Assembly: GCA_963741955.1 (NCBI GenBank)
Contig: CAVUKB010000001.1
Location: 64,001 to 128,000, forward strand
DNA: 64,000 nt
Source of the DNA: an uncultured Acidobacteriota bacterium
Lineage (GTDB): Bacteria > Acidobacteriota > Thermoanaerobaculia > Gp7-AA8
Direction: 5' to 3'
Part shown: positions 30,495-39,977 of the stretch, piece after piece
Layout: every line of letters starts with the position of its first letter
Numbering within the stretch: the first letter of the stretch is position 1
Program-made: the position numbers and the translations under genes
The notes under the pieces: model-generated
What the model saw: the letters and a program-made list of their open reading frames with translations, nothing else
What the model was told of the DNA's origin: nothing
Database searches by the model: none

Positions 30495-32168
30495 TTCATG
30501 GCACGCATCGCTCGCGGCGGGACGCCGCTCGAGTGGGTCGCGCCTCCGGGCGCGAGGCTCCCCGGCATCGTGCCGGGGAGCGATGGATGCAACCGAGCGG
30601 AGATCGTGCGGTTGATGAGTGCGCGGGTTACCGTCTCCCGCTCTCGGGAGGCACGGAGTTGCGGGGTAGACGCGATCTCTCCCAGCGGCGCGATCAGTGT
30701 TCATGGCACGCATCGCTCGCGGCGGGACGCCGCTCGAGTGGGTCGCGCCTCCGGGCGCGAGGCTCCCCGGCATCGTGCCGGGGAGCGATGGATGCAACCG
30801 AGCGGAGATCGTGCGGTTGATGAGCGCTCGTGATTGAGTCTCCCGCTCTCGGGAGGCACGGAGTTGCGGCGTAGACGCGATCTCTCCCAGCGGCACGATC
30901 AGTGTTCATGGCACGCATCGCTCGCGGCGGGACGCCGCTCGAGTGGGTCGCGCCTCCGGGCGCGAGGCTCCCCGGCATCGTGCCGGGGAGCGATGGATGC
31001 AACCGAGCGGAGATCGTGCGGTGGATGAGTGCTGGGGTTACCGTCTCCCGCTCTCGGGAGGCACGGAGTTGCGGCGTAACGCGATCTCTCCCAGCGGCAC
31101 GATCAGTGTTCATGGCACGCATCGCTCGCGGCGGGACGCCGCTCGAGTGGGTCGCGCCTCCGGGCGCGAGGCTCCCCGGCATCGTGCCGGGGAGCGATGG
31201 ATGCAACCGAGCGGAGATCGTGCGGTTGATGAGCGCTCGTGATTGAGTCTCCCGCTCTCGGGAGGCACGGAGTTGCGGCGTAACGCGATCTCTCCCAGCG
31301 GCACGATCAGTGTTCATGGCACGCATCGCTCGCGGCGGGACGCCGCTCGAGTGGGTCGCGCCTCCGGGCGCGAGGCTCCCCGGCATCGTGCCGGGGAGCG
31401 ATGGATGCAACCGAGCGGAGATCGTGCGGTTGATGAGTGCTGGGGTTACCGTCTCCCGCTCTCGGGAGGCACGGAGTTGCGGCGTAACGCGATCTCTCCC
31501 AGCGGCACGATCAGTGGTCATGGCACACATCGCTCGCGGCGGGACGCCGCTCGAGTGGGTCGCGCCTCCGGGCGCGAGGCTCCCCGGCATCGTGCCGGGG
31601 AGCGATGGATGCAACCGAGCGGAGATCGTGCGGTGGATGAGTGCGCGTGATTGGGTCTCCCGCTCTCGGGAGGCACGGAGTTGCGGGGTAGACGCGATCT
31701 CTCCCAGCGGCGCGATCAGTGTTCATGGCACGCATCGCTCGCGGCGGGACGCCGCTCGAGTGGGTCGCGCCTCCGGGCGCGAGGCTCCCCGGCATCGTGC
31801 CGGGGAGCGATGGATGCAACCGAGCGGAGATCGTGCGGTGGATGAGTGCTGGGGTTACCGTCTCCCGCTCTCGGGAGGCACGGAGTTGCGGCGTAACGCG
31901 ATCTCTCCCAGCGGCACGATCAGTGGTCATGGCACGCATCGCTCGCGGCGGTAAGCCGCTCGAGTGGGTCGCGCCTCCGGGCGCGAGGCTCCCCGGCATC
32001 GTGCCGGGGAGCGATGGATGCAACCGAGCGGAGATCGTGCGGTTGATGAGCGCTCGGGATTACCGTCTCCCGCTCTCGGGAGGCACGGAGTTGCGGCGTA
32101 ACGCGATCTCTCCCAGCGGCACGATCAGTGGTCATGGCACACATCGCTCGCGGCGGGACGCCGCTCGC
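30495..32168. repeat. Tandem array of 8 full and 1 partial 204-205 bp hairpin-rich units
   Basis: The unit's ATG recurs at 30498, 30703, 30908, 31112, 31316, 31520, 31725, 31929 and 32134. Confidence 0.95.
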
Positions 32169-32338
32169 CATCGCGCGAGACGCGCGACCCACAAGGCGCG
32201 ACCCTCATGCGCGACCCACTCCCAGCTGCTTCGTGGCGAACCACCGTCGATCACCTCCTCGATTCCGCTTTGACAGAATGGCCGACTCGCTGTTTACTGT
32301 TGCACCTCGCAGGCCCCCCGGCCTCTCGGAAGGAAGCC

Positions 32339-33631
32339 ATGGATCACGTACGAATCAACAGACTGAAGGACCATGTCGGGCAGGAAGTCGTCGTCGACGG
32401 ATGGCTCTACAACAAGCGTGGATCGGGAAAGCTGATCTTCCCGATCATCCGCGACGGCAGCGGATATCTCCAGTGCGTCGTCTCGAAGAAGGAAGTCGAC
32501 GAGGCGAGCTGGAACGCTGCGGACGGATCGACGCAGGAGTCGACGGTCCGGATCACCGGAACCGTCGCTGAAGAGGGTCGCGCGCCGGGCGGAGTCGAGC
32601 TCCACGTCTCGAAATTCGAGCTGATGTGGAAAACCGAGGATTATCCGATCACTCCGAAGGAGCACGGAACCGCGTTCCTGATGGAGATCCGGCACCTCTG
32701 GCTCCGCTCCTCGAAGCAACACGCGGTGCTGAAGATCCGGAGCGAGCTCGAACAGGCCTGCCGCGATTTCTTCTACCAGCACGACTTCGTCCTGATCGAT
32801 TCTCCGATCCTGACCCCCGCCGCATGCGAGGGGACCTCGACTCTGTTCGAGACCGACTACTTCGGCGAGAAGGCGTATCTCTCCCAGTCCGGGCAGCTCT
32901 ACCTCGAGCCTGCGGCCGCGGCATTCGGGAAGGTCTACTGTTTCGGTCCGACGTTCCGGGCGGAGAAGTCGAAGACGCGCCGGCATCTGATGGAGTTCTG
33001 GATGATCGAGCCGGAGGTTGCGTTCCTCGAGTTCGACGGCCTCCAGGACCTCGCCGAGAAGTTCGTCGAGTCGATCGTGTCGCGGACCGTCGACCGTTGC
33101 CAGGAGCAGCTGAAGATCCTCGAGCGCGACGTGACGAAGCTCGAGAACATCCGGCGCCCGTTCCCGCGCATCACGTATCGTGAGGCGGTCGACGTTCTGA
33201 AGGGGAAGGGCGTGGAGATCAACTTCGGCGACGACTTCGGAGGCGACGAGGAGACCATCCTCGCCGAGGCCTTCGACCGTCCGGTGATGGTCTCGCGTTA
33301 TCCGACCGCGATCAAGGCGTTCTACATGCAGCCCGATCCGAACGACCCCGACGTGGTGCTCGGGCTCGACATGCTCGCTCCCGAAGGTTATGGGGAGATC
33401 ATCGGCGGGTCGCAGCGCATCCACGACCATGATCTTCTTCTGCAGCGGATCAAGGAGCACGATCTGCCGGTCGAGGCGTTCCAGTGGTATCTCGACGTCC
33501 GTAAATACGGCTCCTTCCCTCATTCCGGCTTCGGCATGGGAATCGAACGGGTGGTGGCGTGGATCTCCGGCGTGAGGCACCTCCGGGAGACGATTCCCTA
33601 TCCGCGGATGCTGAACCGGATCTATCCTTGA
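32339..33631 (+). CDS. asnS: Asparagine--tRNA ligase
   Basis: [63 protein letters not shown]. Confidence 0.96.
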   Translation: MDHVRINRLKDHVGQEVVVDGWLYNKRGSGKLIFPIIRDGSGYLQCVVSKKEVDEASWNAADGSTQESTVRITGTVAEEGRAPGGVELHVSKFELMWKTEDYPITPKEHGTAFLMEIRHLWLRSSKQHAVLKIRSELEQACRDFFYQHDFVLIDSPILTPAACEGTSTLFETDYFGEKAYLSQSGQLYLEPAAAAFGKVYCFGPTFRAEKSKTRRHLMEFWMIEPEVAFLEFDGLQDLAEKFVESIVSRTVDRCQEQLKILERDVTKLENIRRPFPRITYREAVDVLKGKGVEINFGDDFGGDEETILAEAFDRPVMVSRYPTAIKAFYMQPDPNDPDVVLGLDMLAPEGYGEIIGGSQRIHDHDLLLQRIKEHDLPVEAFQWYLDVRKYGSFPHSGFGMGIERVVAWISGVRHLRETIPYPRMLNRIYP

Positions 33632-33647
33632 TGCGGATCACTTTGAG

Positions 33648-35324
33648 GTGGACCGGGAATTGACCGATTCTGACAGCGTGCTTCGCGTCATCCCGATGGG
33701 GGGACTCGGCGAGTTCGGGATGAACATGATGATCTACGAGGCGGCGGGACGCCTCCTCGTGGTCGACTGCGGCATGATGTTCCCCGACTCGGCGACCCTC
33801 GGCGTGGACGTGATCATCCCCGACATGTCGTGGCTCTTCGATCGGGCCGATGACGTCGAGGCCATCTTCCTCACCCACGGACACGAGGACCACATCGGAG
33901 CGGTGCCGTTCCTGATCGAGCGAGTGCACGCTCCGGTGTACGGGACGCCGCTCACCCTGGCGTTCGTGCGGGACAAGCTCGAGGAGTTCGGCGACCGCGG
34001 CGCGGCCGAGCTCCGGGAGATCGCTCCGCGTCAGACGATCGAAGCGGGACCTTTCACCGTCGAGCCGATCCACGTCACTCACTCCATCGTCGACGCGCTG
34101 GCGTTCGCCATCCGTACGCCGCTCGGGGTGATCATCCACACCGGCGATTTCAAACTCGATCCCACTCCGCTGAGTGGCGACACCACCGACATGCTCCGTC
34201 TCGCCGCGTACGGCGAGGAAGGAGTGCTCCTTCTCTCCAGCGACTCGACGAATGCCGTGGTGGAGGGATATTCGCGTTCCGAGCGGGTGGTCGCGGAATC
34301 GTTCGACCGGATCGTCTCCGGCGCGAAGGGTCGGGTGATCATCACCACGTTCGCCTCCCACATCGACCGGATCCAGATCGCGGTCAACACGGCACGGAAG
34401 CACCGGCGGAAAGTCTTCTTTCTCGGTCGGTCGCTGGTCGAGAACGTCGAGACCGCGGAGTCACTCGGATGGCTGAGGATTCCACGCGAGGCACGCCCGA
34501 GTGGCCGGCTGATCGACGAGGATCCGCGGACTACCCTGGTCCTCACCACCGGAACTCAGGGGGAGCCGAACTCCGCTCTCGCGCGGATCGCGCTGAACGC
34601 GCACAAGGCGCTTCAGATCGAGAAGGGAGACACGGTGGTCCTGTCGGCACGGACCATTCCCGGGAACGATCTCGCGGTCATTCACATGCTCGACCATCTT
34701 TTCCATCGCGGGGCGTCGGTCGTCTACGACGAGGTGCCGGGCGTGCACGTCTCGGGACACGGATGCCGCGAAGAACTGAAGACGATGATCAATCTCACCC
34801 GGCCGCGCTTCTTCGTTCCGCTGCACGGGAACTTCAGGCATCTGGTGCGACACGGCGAGATCGCGGAGGAGGGAGGAATCGACCGTTCCCGGGTTCTGGT
34901 GCTCACGAATGGAGAGATCGCGGAGATCGACGGCGAGCGCGGCCGGATCCGCGAAGAGAAGGTCGAGACGGGGAAGGTGTTTATCGACGCTCAGTTCGAG
35001 GAAGTCTCGGAAGTGGTGGTCCGCGACCGCAAACATCTCGCCGAGGATGGCTTCGTCATCGTGGTGGCGGCATTGGATGTGAATACCGCGAAGTTGTCGC
35101 GCGAACCGGAGATCATCACCCGGGGTCTGGTGCACGTGGACGAGAGCGGGGAGATGCTCGACGAGGTCAGGGGCCTGATCCTCGAGATCTTTCAGGAGAA
35201 CGCCCCTGAAGAGATGCGCGATCCGGAGATCGTTCAGGAAAAGATGCGTGCGGTGTTGAAGCGCTACTTCAGAAAGAAACTGAACCGCCGGCCGATGATC
35301 CTGCCGGTGGTGTGGGAGATGTAA
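33648..35324 (+). CDS. rnj: Ribonuclease J
   Basis: PMGGLGEFGMN, THGHEDHIGA, HTGDFK, TGTQGEP, HVSGH, RRPMILPVV. Confidence 0.95.
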   Translation: MDRELTDSDSVLRVIPMGGLGEFGMNMMIYEAAGRLLVVDCGMMFPDSATLGVDVIIPDMSWLFDRADDVEAIFLTHGHEDHIGAVPFLIERVHAPVYGTPLTLAFVRDKLEEFGDRGAAELREIAPRQTIEAGPFTVEPIHVTHSIVDALAFAIRTPLGVIIHTGDFKLDPTPLSGDTTDMLRLAAYGEEGVLLLSSDSTNAVVEGYSRSERVVAESFDRIVSGAKGRVIITTFASHIDRIQIAVNTARKHRRKVFFLGRSLVENVETAESLGWLRIPREARPSGRLIDEDPRTTLVLTTGTQGEPNSALARIALNAHKALQIEKGDTVVLSARTIPGNDLAVIHMLDHLFHRGASVVYDEVPGVHVSGHGCREELKTMINLTRPRFFVPLHGNFRHLVRHGEIAEEGGIDRSRVLVLTNGEIAEIDGERGRIREEKVETGKVFIDAQFEEVSEVVVRDRKHLAEDGFVIVVAALDVNTAKLSREPEIITRGLVHVDESGEMLDEVRGLILEIFQENAPEEMRDPEIVQEKMRAVLKRYFRKKLNRRPMILPVVWEM

Positions 35325-36155
35325 TTGAGCACACTGCAGGCGGTCGTTCTCGGTCTGGTTCAGGGACTCACGGAATACCTTCCCATCAGCTCCACGGCGC
35401 ATCTGAGAATCATTCCGGCGCTGATCGGCTGGAAAGATCCGGGAGCCGCGGCGTCGGCGGTGATCCAGCTCGGCACGGTCCTGGCGGTGATCATCTACTT
35501 TTTCCGCGACATCGTGGCGATCATCGTCGCCTTCGTTCGCGGGATCGTGACGGGGAAACCCTTCGCGGATCCCGAAGCACGGCTGGGGTGGTACATCGGC
35601 ATCGGCACCATTCCGGTGGTGGTCCTGGGGCTCGGGCTGAAGAAGTGGATCGAGACGACGTTCCGAAGTCTCTGGATCGAGGCGTTCTCGCTGATTCTTC
35701 TCGCGCTGGTTCTCGGCGTGGCCGAGCTTTGGGCCCGGAAGCGCGCGGAGCGGACGATGGAAGACGTGAGCATCGGGGATTCTCTCTCCATAGGGTTCGC
35801 GCAATGCCTCGCACTCGTTCCCGGGATGTCACGCAGCGGCTCGACGATCATGGCGGGTCTGTTCCGGAAGATGACCCACGAAGGTGCTGCGCGGTTCTCG
35901 TTTCTCCTCGGGATCCCTGCGATCTTCGGCGCAGGCGTGTACGAGCTGATCGGCGAGCGGCATCATCTCGCGGAGCTGGGATGGGGATCCATCGCGATCT
36001 CCATCGCCGTCTCGTTCGTGGTGGGGTGGGCCTCGATCTATTTCCTGTTGCGTTTCCTGAAGACGCACACGACCTGGGTCTTCATCTGGTACCGCATCGC
36101 ACTCGGCGTGCTGGTGATCGGGCTCCTGCTGGCCGGAATCCTCAAACCGGTGTGA
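35325..36155 (+). CDS. uppP: Undecaprenyl-diphosphatase
   Basis: GLVQGLTEYLPISSTAHL, IQLG, ALVPGMSRSGST, ARFSFLL. Confidence 0.95.
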   Translation: MSTLQAVVLGLVQGLTEYLPISSTAHLRIIPALIGWKDPGAAASAVIQLGTVLAVIIYFFRDIVAIIVAFVRGIVTGKPFADPEARLGWYIGIGTIPVVVLGLGLKKWIETTFRSLWIEAFSLILLALVLGVAELWARKRAERTMEDVSIGDSLSIGFAQCLALVPGMSRSGSTIMAGLFRKMTHEGAARFSFLLGIPAIFGAGVYELIGERHHLAELGWGSIAISIAVSFVVGWASIYFLLRFLKTHTTWVFIWYRIALGVLVIGLLLAGILKPV

Positions 36156-36247
36156 TCTCGCAGCCCGAGACTCCCGCGCGACCGGCGAGGGAGGTAAGGG
36201 TCGATCCCGCGTCGCACGAGCTCTATCGCTTCGATATAATCGCGTTC

Positions 36248-36451
36248 ATGAACCGCCGTTCGCGCTACCTCGTTCGGAAGATTCGACTCTCCGAGGAAGG
36301 TGGTGACGACGATGTTCGCAGTCTCCCTCCGGGCGAGCGTCTGGAAATGGTCGAACAGCTGACGCGGGATGCATGGGCCTTCCATGCCCGAGGTGAACGT
36401 GAATCGCGACTATCTCGAGATGTTGGATGCGTTATCCGCCGCGGGCGCTGA
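36248..36451 (+). CDS. Small hypothetical protein (67 aa), likely partner of the following nucleotidyltransferase-like fragment
   Basis: MNRRSRYLVRKIRLSEEG...SLPPGERLEMVEQLTRDAW; TATAAT lies 7 nt upstream; overlaps the next ORF. Confidence 0.6.
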   Translation: MNRRSRYLVRKIRLSEEGGDDDVRSLPPGERLEMVEQLTRDAWAFHARGERESRLSRDVGCVIRRGR

Positions 36452-36500
36452 GTTTCTCGTCGTAGGCGCTCACGCCGTTGCGGTCCATGCGAGACCGCGG
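36399..36500 (+). pseudogene. Truncated nucleotidyltransferase-family gene
   Basis: VNRDYLEMLDALSAAGAEFLVVGAHAVAVHARPR resembles an NTase N-terminus, but the frame turns to unrelated sequence before the expected T.D.D motif. Confidence 0.6.
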
Positions 36501-36587
36501 CCTCGAATTCCAAACCCTCACGGGGAGGAGCCACGATTGCAGGAACGCAACCGTTGGCTTCCGGCGACTCGCCTGTTTCTACCGACG

Positions 36588-36638
36588 GGGCGCCGCGGCT
36601 TCCGCCGCGGCGGGCACGGCGGAAGCCGTGCCGCACCA
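36588..36638. repeat. REP-like double hairpin (copy 1)
   Basis: cgccgcggc-ttcc-gccgcggcg ggcacggc-ggaa-gccgtgcc; related copy at 52271-52320. Confidence 0.7.
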
Positions 36639-36747
36639 GTTGCGACACCTCAATGAATCTCCCCGCTGCCCCACTCTCTCGCGGCGGGCATTTCTACCGT
36701 GCAGACACGGGGTCCGCGCTGCGGCCGCGGAGGTCGCGCGGACGGCG

Positions 36748-37311
36748 TCAGTGGGCCGTCGCGGCGCCGGAGGGCGTTTCCGCCGTCGTCGCCTCGTCAT
36801 CCACGAGGATCATGATGTCGTGGAGGTTCCGGTACTTTTCCCCGTAGTCGAGGCCGTAGCCGACCACGAAGTGCGGTTCGATCGTGAACCCGACGTAGTC
36901 CGGGACGAAGGGAACGCGACGGCTGGCGGGCTTGTCGAGACAGGTGGCCACCCGGACCACGGCCGCGCCACGCCCTTCGATGTACTTGTAGACCTCGCGC
37001 ATCGACAGACCGCTGTCGATGATGTCCTCCACGATCAGCACGGCCTTCCCGCGCATGTCGAGCTGGGGCTCCTTGAGGATGGTCACCACGCCGGAGGACG
37101 ATTTCCGGTCTCCGTAGCTGGAGACCTGGATGAAGTCGAGCGCCACGTCCACGCTCATGGCCCGGACCAGGTCGCAGGCGAAGAAGACGCCTCCCTTGAG
37201 AACGCAGAGGGCGATGATCTCGTGTCCCGCAAGGTCGGCGCTGATGAGCTCCCCGAGCTCGCGGGTCCTTTTGTCGATCTCTTGACGGGGGATTAGGGTC
37301 CTGAACGCCAT
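36748..37311 (-). CDS. hpt: Hypoxanthine phosphoribosyltransferase
   Basis: CVLKGG, VSSYG, VLIVEDIIDSGLS, FVVGYGLDY.EKYRNL. Confidence 0.95.
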   Translation of the reverse strand: MAFRTLIPRQEIDKRTRELGELISADLAGHEIIALCVLKGGVFFACDLVRAMSVDVALDFIQVSSYGDRKSSSGVVTILKEPQLDMRGKAVLIVEDIIDSGLSMREVYKYIEGRGAAVVRVATCLDKPASRRVPFVPDYVGFTIEPHFVVGYGLDYGEKYRNLHDIMILVDDEATTAETPSGAATAH

Positions 37312-37347
37312 CTGTGCCAGAATTCTAACAGAAGATCGGAGACGCGA

Positions 37348-38925
37348 ATGTCAGTTGCGGATATCAGCAGGTTGCACTCGATGTATGTGCGCCTGTCCGA
37401 TGAATTCAAGTCGCTCTGGACCTTCCATCAATTCGCGGCGGGAGTGTTCAAGAGTGTCTTTCAGAAGCCGGCTCCGTACGAGATCCGGTTTCAGGAAATC
37501 TACGAGGAGATCCGCAAAGCCAGCGACATGATCCAGTCGGCCTTTCCGGCCGACGCGTTGAAGATGATGCAGAAGAGCGAGGGCGAGCTTCAGCGGGCCG
37601 GAGTTCAGCTGCTGAAGGCCGATGCCGAGATCGGGGCCTCCGTTCTGCGCCGTTTCTTCGAGCGGCTGCGCCAGCAGGACGAGAAGATCATCTTCAATCT
37701 GATCAAGTTCTATTTCTACGTCGATTCAGTGAATGGCGAGCAGCGCGACAAGATCGACTTTCTGTTCACCCGGATCGGCGAGGAGTACATCGAGGATCGT
37801 GACGAATACTCGACCCGCGATTCGCTCGAACTGCGCAGCCAGATGCAGGGACTTCTCGCGATCCGCCCGATCGAGACTCCCTCGCCCGGTCAGCTCGAGA
37901 CGCTGATCGAGACGATTCAGCTGATCCGCAACGAGATTCACCGTGCGGCGACGTTCGAGGAGCTCTCGGAGCTCAACCTGGTCAAGCGCATTCGTGAGCT
38001 GAAGCACCGGATCGGTGATCTCTACTTCCATCCCGACGTTCTTCTTCCGATCATCGACTGCAACGTCACGGCGAAGAACCGGTTCCGGAAGCTCTACCTG
38101 ATGGAAGAGCAGCGCATCATTCACGATTCGAGCAAGCTGCTGGCGAATGAGGAAGCCATCGCCCGCAGCTTCGGTCAGAGCAACCCGGAGCTGATTGGTG
38201 AGCTGCAGCGCTTCAAGGAATTCAAGGAGAAGTTCGACGAATCGCGTGCGACCTCGAACGTCAAACAGGACGTCATCACCCGTCTGAAGGCGTCGATGAA
38301 CAGCATTCTCAACCAGCTCGACCACGACCTCGTCCCCGAGCGCGACCATCACGACCAGAGTCCGGCGTCCATTCTCCTCGATGAGGCGCAGCGGACCGAC
38401 CGGATCGAGTCGAAGTTCGGCCAGGATCCGGTCCTCCAGCCCTATCTCACCCGGATGCTCTCGGTGCTCGAGTTCTTCCCCGACGACGCATCCAGCGAGC
38501 GCATCGCGAACGCTCCGGAGACGAGCGGCCTCCGTCTGGAGCCGTGGGAGGTCGCGGCGTACCAGAAGGTCTTCGGAACCCGCTCCCTGGTGGAGAATGA
38601 GACCGAAGATCTGATGGTCATCTTCCTCCGCGCGGCGGCGCTCCGCATCAAGGTGGAGGAAGAGGCACGCCAGCTCGCCGCACTTCCTTCCGGTGGGTCA
38701 CCGACGAACGAGTTCCTCCGCTCCGTTCGTGAGACGCTCGAGCGTGCGCGAGAGCTCGACGCTGAGCTCAAGGCCTTTCTCCACGAATCGATGTTCGATT
38801 CCGAATCCCACCTTCTCCGTTGCCTCTACCGCTCCCGCCTCCGCCTCCTCCGCGGATTCTCCGGTCTCTGGCTGGTTCACGACCAGTACGCGTCCGGGCC
38901 TCCACGGCGCTCGGGAGAGATTTGA
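37348..38925 (+). CDS. Hypothetical alpha-helical cytoplasmic protein (525 aa)
   Basis: Long ORF with native codon usage and a charged helical composition; no family recognised. Confidence 0.8.
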   Translation: MSVADISRLHSMYVRLSDEFKSLWTFHQFAAGVFKSVFQKPAPYEIRFQEIYEEIRKASDMIQSAFPADALKMMQKSEGELQRAGVQLLKADAEIGASVLRRFFERLRQQDEKIIFNLIKFYFYVDSVNGEQRDKIDFLFTRIGEEYIEDRDEYSTRDSLELRSQMQGLLAIRPIETPSPGQLETLIETIQLIRNEIHRAATFEELSELNLVKRIRELKHRIGDLYFHPDVLLPIIDCNVTAKNRFRKLYLMEEQRIIHDSSKLLANEEAIARSFGQSNPELIGELQRFKEFKEKFDESRATSNVKQDVITRLKASMNSILNQLDHDLVPERDHHDQSPASILLDEAQRTDRIESKFGQDPVLQPYLTRMLSVLEFFPDDASSERIANAPETSGLRLEPWEVAAYQKVFGTRSLVENETEDLMVIFLRAAALRIKVEEEARQLAALPSGGSPTNEFLRSVRETLERARELDAELKAFLHESMFDSESHLLRCLYRSRLRLLRGFSGLWLVHDQYASGPPRRSGEI

Positions 38926-38929
38926 AGGC

Positions 38930-38998
38930 ATCTGATATCTGGTATCTGGTATCTGATATCTGATATCTGGTATCGGGTAACTGATATCTGGTATCGGG
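38930..38998. repeat. (RTATCTG)n heptamer tract
   Basis: atctgatatctggtatctggtatctgatatctg..., immediately after the stop codon. Confidence 0.85.
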
Positions 38999-39152
38999 GT
39001 CATCGTCGAGCCGACTCGCCGTGAGAGCCTGAATCGCAGCTCCGACTGATGCAGAATCCGGAGCGGATGGAGAGTATGATCCAGCGGTTTGAAGTTTCAC
39101 TCGTCCGTACTGCTTAAACGTACACGAATCACATCACGCGTAATATCACCAC

Positions 39153-39208
39153 ATAAGATAACAGATAACAGATAACAGATAATAGATAATAGATAATAGA
39201 TAATAGAT
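39153..39208 (+). repeat. (AGATAAY)n heptamer tract abutting the FAH gene start
   Basis: ataagataacagataacagataacagataatagataatagataatagataatagat-ATG. Confidence 0.9.
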
Positions 39209-39976
39209 ATGAAAATCTATCGCTACGAACACAAGGGTCACATCTTCTGGGGAAAGGGTCAGGGCGAGTCGGTCACGCCGGTGGGCGCAGGGTCGGCCGC
39301 GGAGGTACCCACTGCCGTTCCGGCCGGAGATCCGCTCTCCCTCTCCTCGGTCCGCATACTCAACCCCGTCGTTCCCACCAAGATCGTGGCCGTCGGCCGC
39401 AACTACGCGGAGCATGCGAAAGAGCTCGGAAACGAAGCTCCTCCTGAACCGATCCTCTTTCTCAAGCCGCCCTCGTCGCTCAATGATCCGGGCGGCCGCA
39501 TCGAGATGCCGCCGCAGTCCTCGCGGGTCGATTACGAAGGCGAGCTGGCGGTGGCGATCGGCAGGCGGGCCCGCCGGGTGCGCGCCTCCGAGTGGCGTCA
39601 GTACGTGCTCGGGTTCTCCTGCGCGAACGACGTCACCGCGCGGGACCTCCAGAAGAAGGACGTACAGTTCACCCGCGGGAAGAGCTTCGACACGTTCTGT
39701 CCGATCGGACCGTGTATCGAGACCGATCTCGATCCTGCAGATCTCGCGCTCACCACCAGAGTGAATGGTGAGATCCGCCAGGACAGTCGCACCTCCCGGA
39801 TGATCTTCGGCGTTCCGTTTCTTCTCGAGTTCATCAGTGGAGTGATGACGCTCGAGCCGGGAGACGTGATTCTCACCGGAACGCCGGCGGGAGTCGGGCC
39901 GGTCGCCGACGGCGACGTGATCGAGGTGGAGATCGAAGGGATCGGAGTGCTGAGGAACCCGGTCGGCGCGCGCTGA
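39209..39976 (+). CDS. Fumarylacetoacetate hydrolase family protein
   Basis: KIVAVGRNYAEH, FLKPPSS, DYEGEL, NDVTARDLQ, GKSFDTFCPIGP, GDVILTGTP. Confidence 0.94.
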   Translation: MKIYRYEHKGHIFWGKGQGESVTPVGAGSAAEVPTAVPAGDPLSLSSVRILNPVVPTKIVAVGRNYAEHAKELGNEAPPEPILFLKPPSSLNDPGGRIEMPPQSSRVDYEGELAVAIGRRARRVRASEWRQYVLGFSCANDVTARDLQKKDVQFTRGKSFDTFCPIGPCIETDLDPADLALTTRVNGEIRQDSRTSRMIFGVPFLLEFISGVMTLEPGDVILTGTPAGVGPVADGDVIEVEIEGIGVLRNPVGAR

Positions 39977-39977
39977 G

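Noticed and set aside
30492-32273. Repeat-protein ORFs in the 204-bp array
   Set aside because: Frames are open on both strands because of GC-rich palindromes, and the 205-bp units break the frame.
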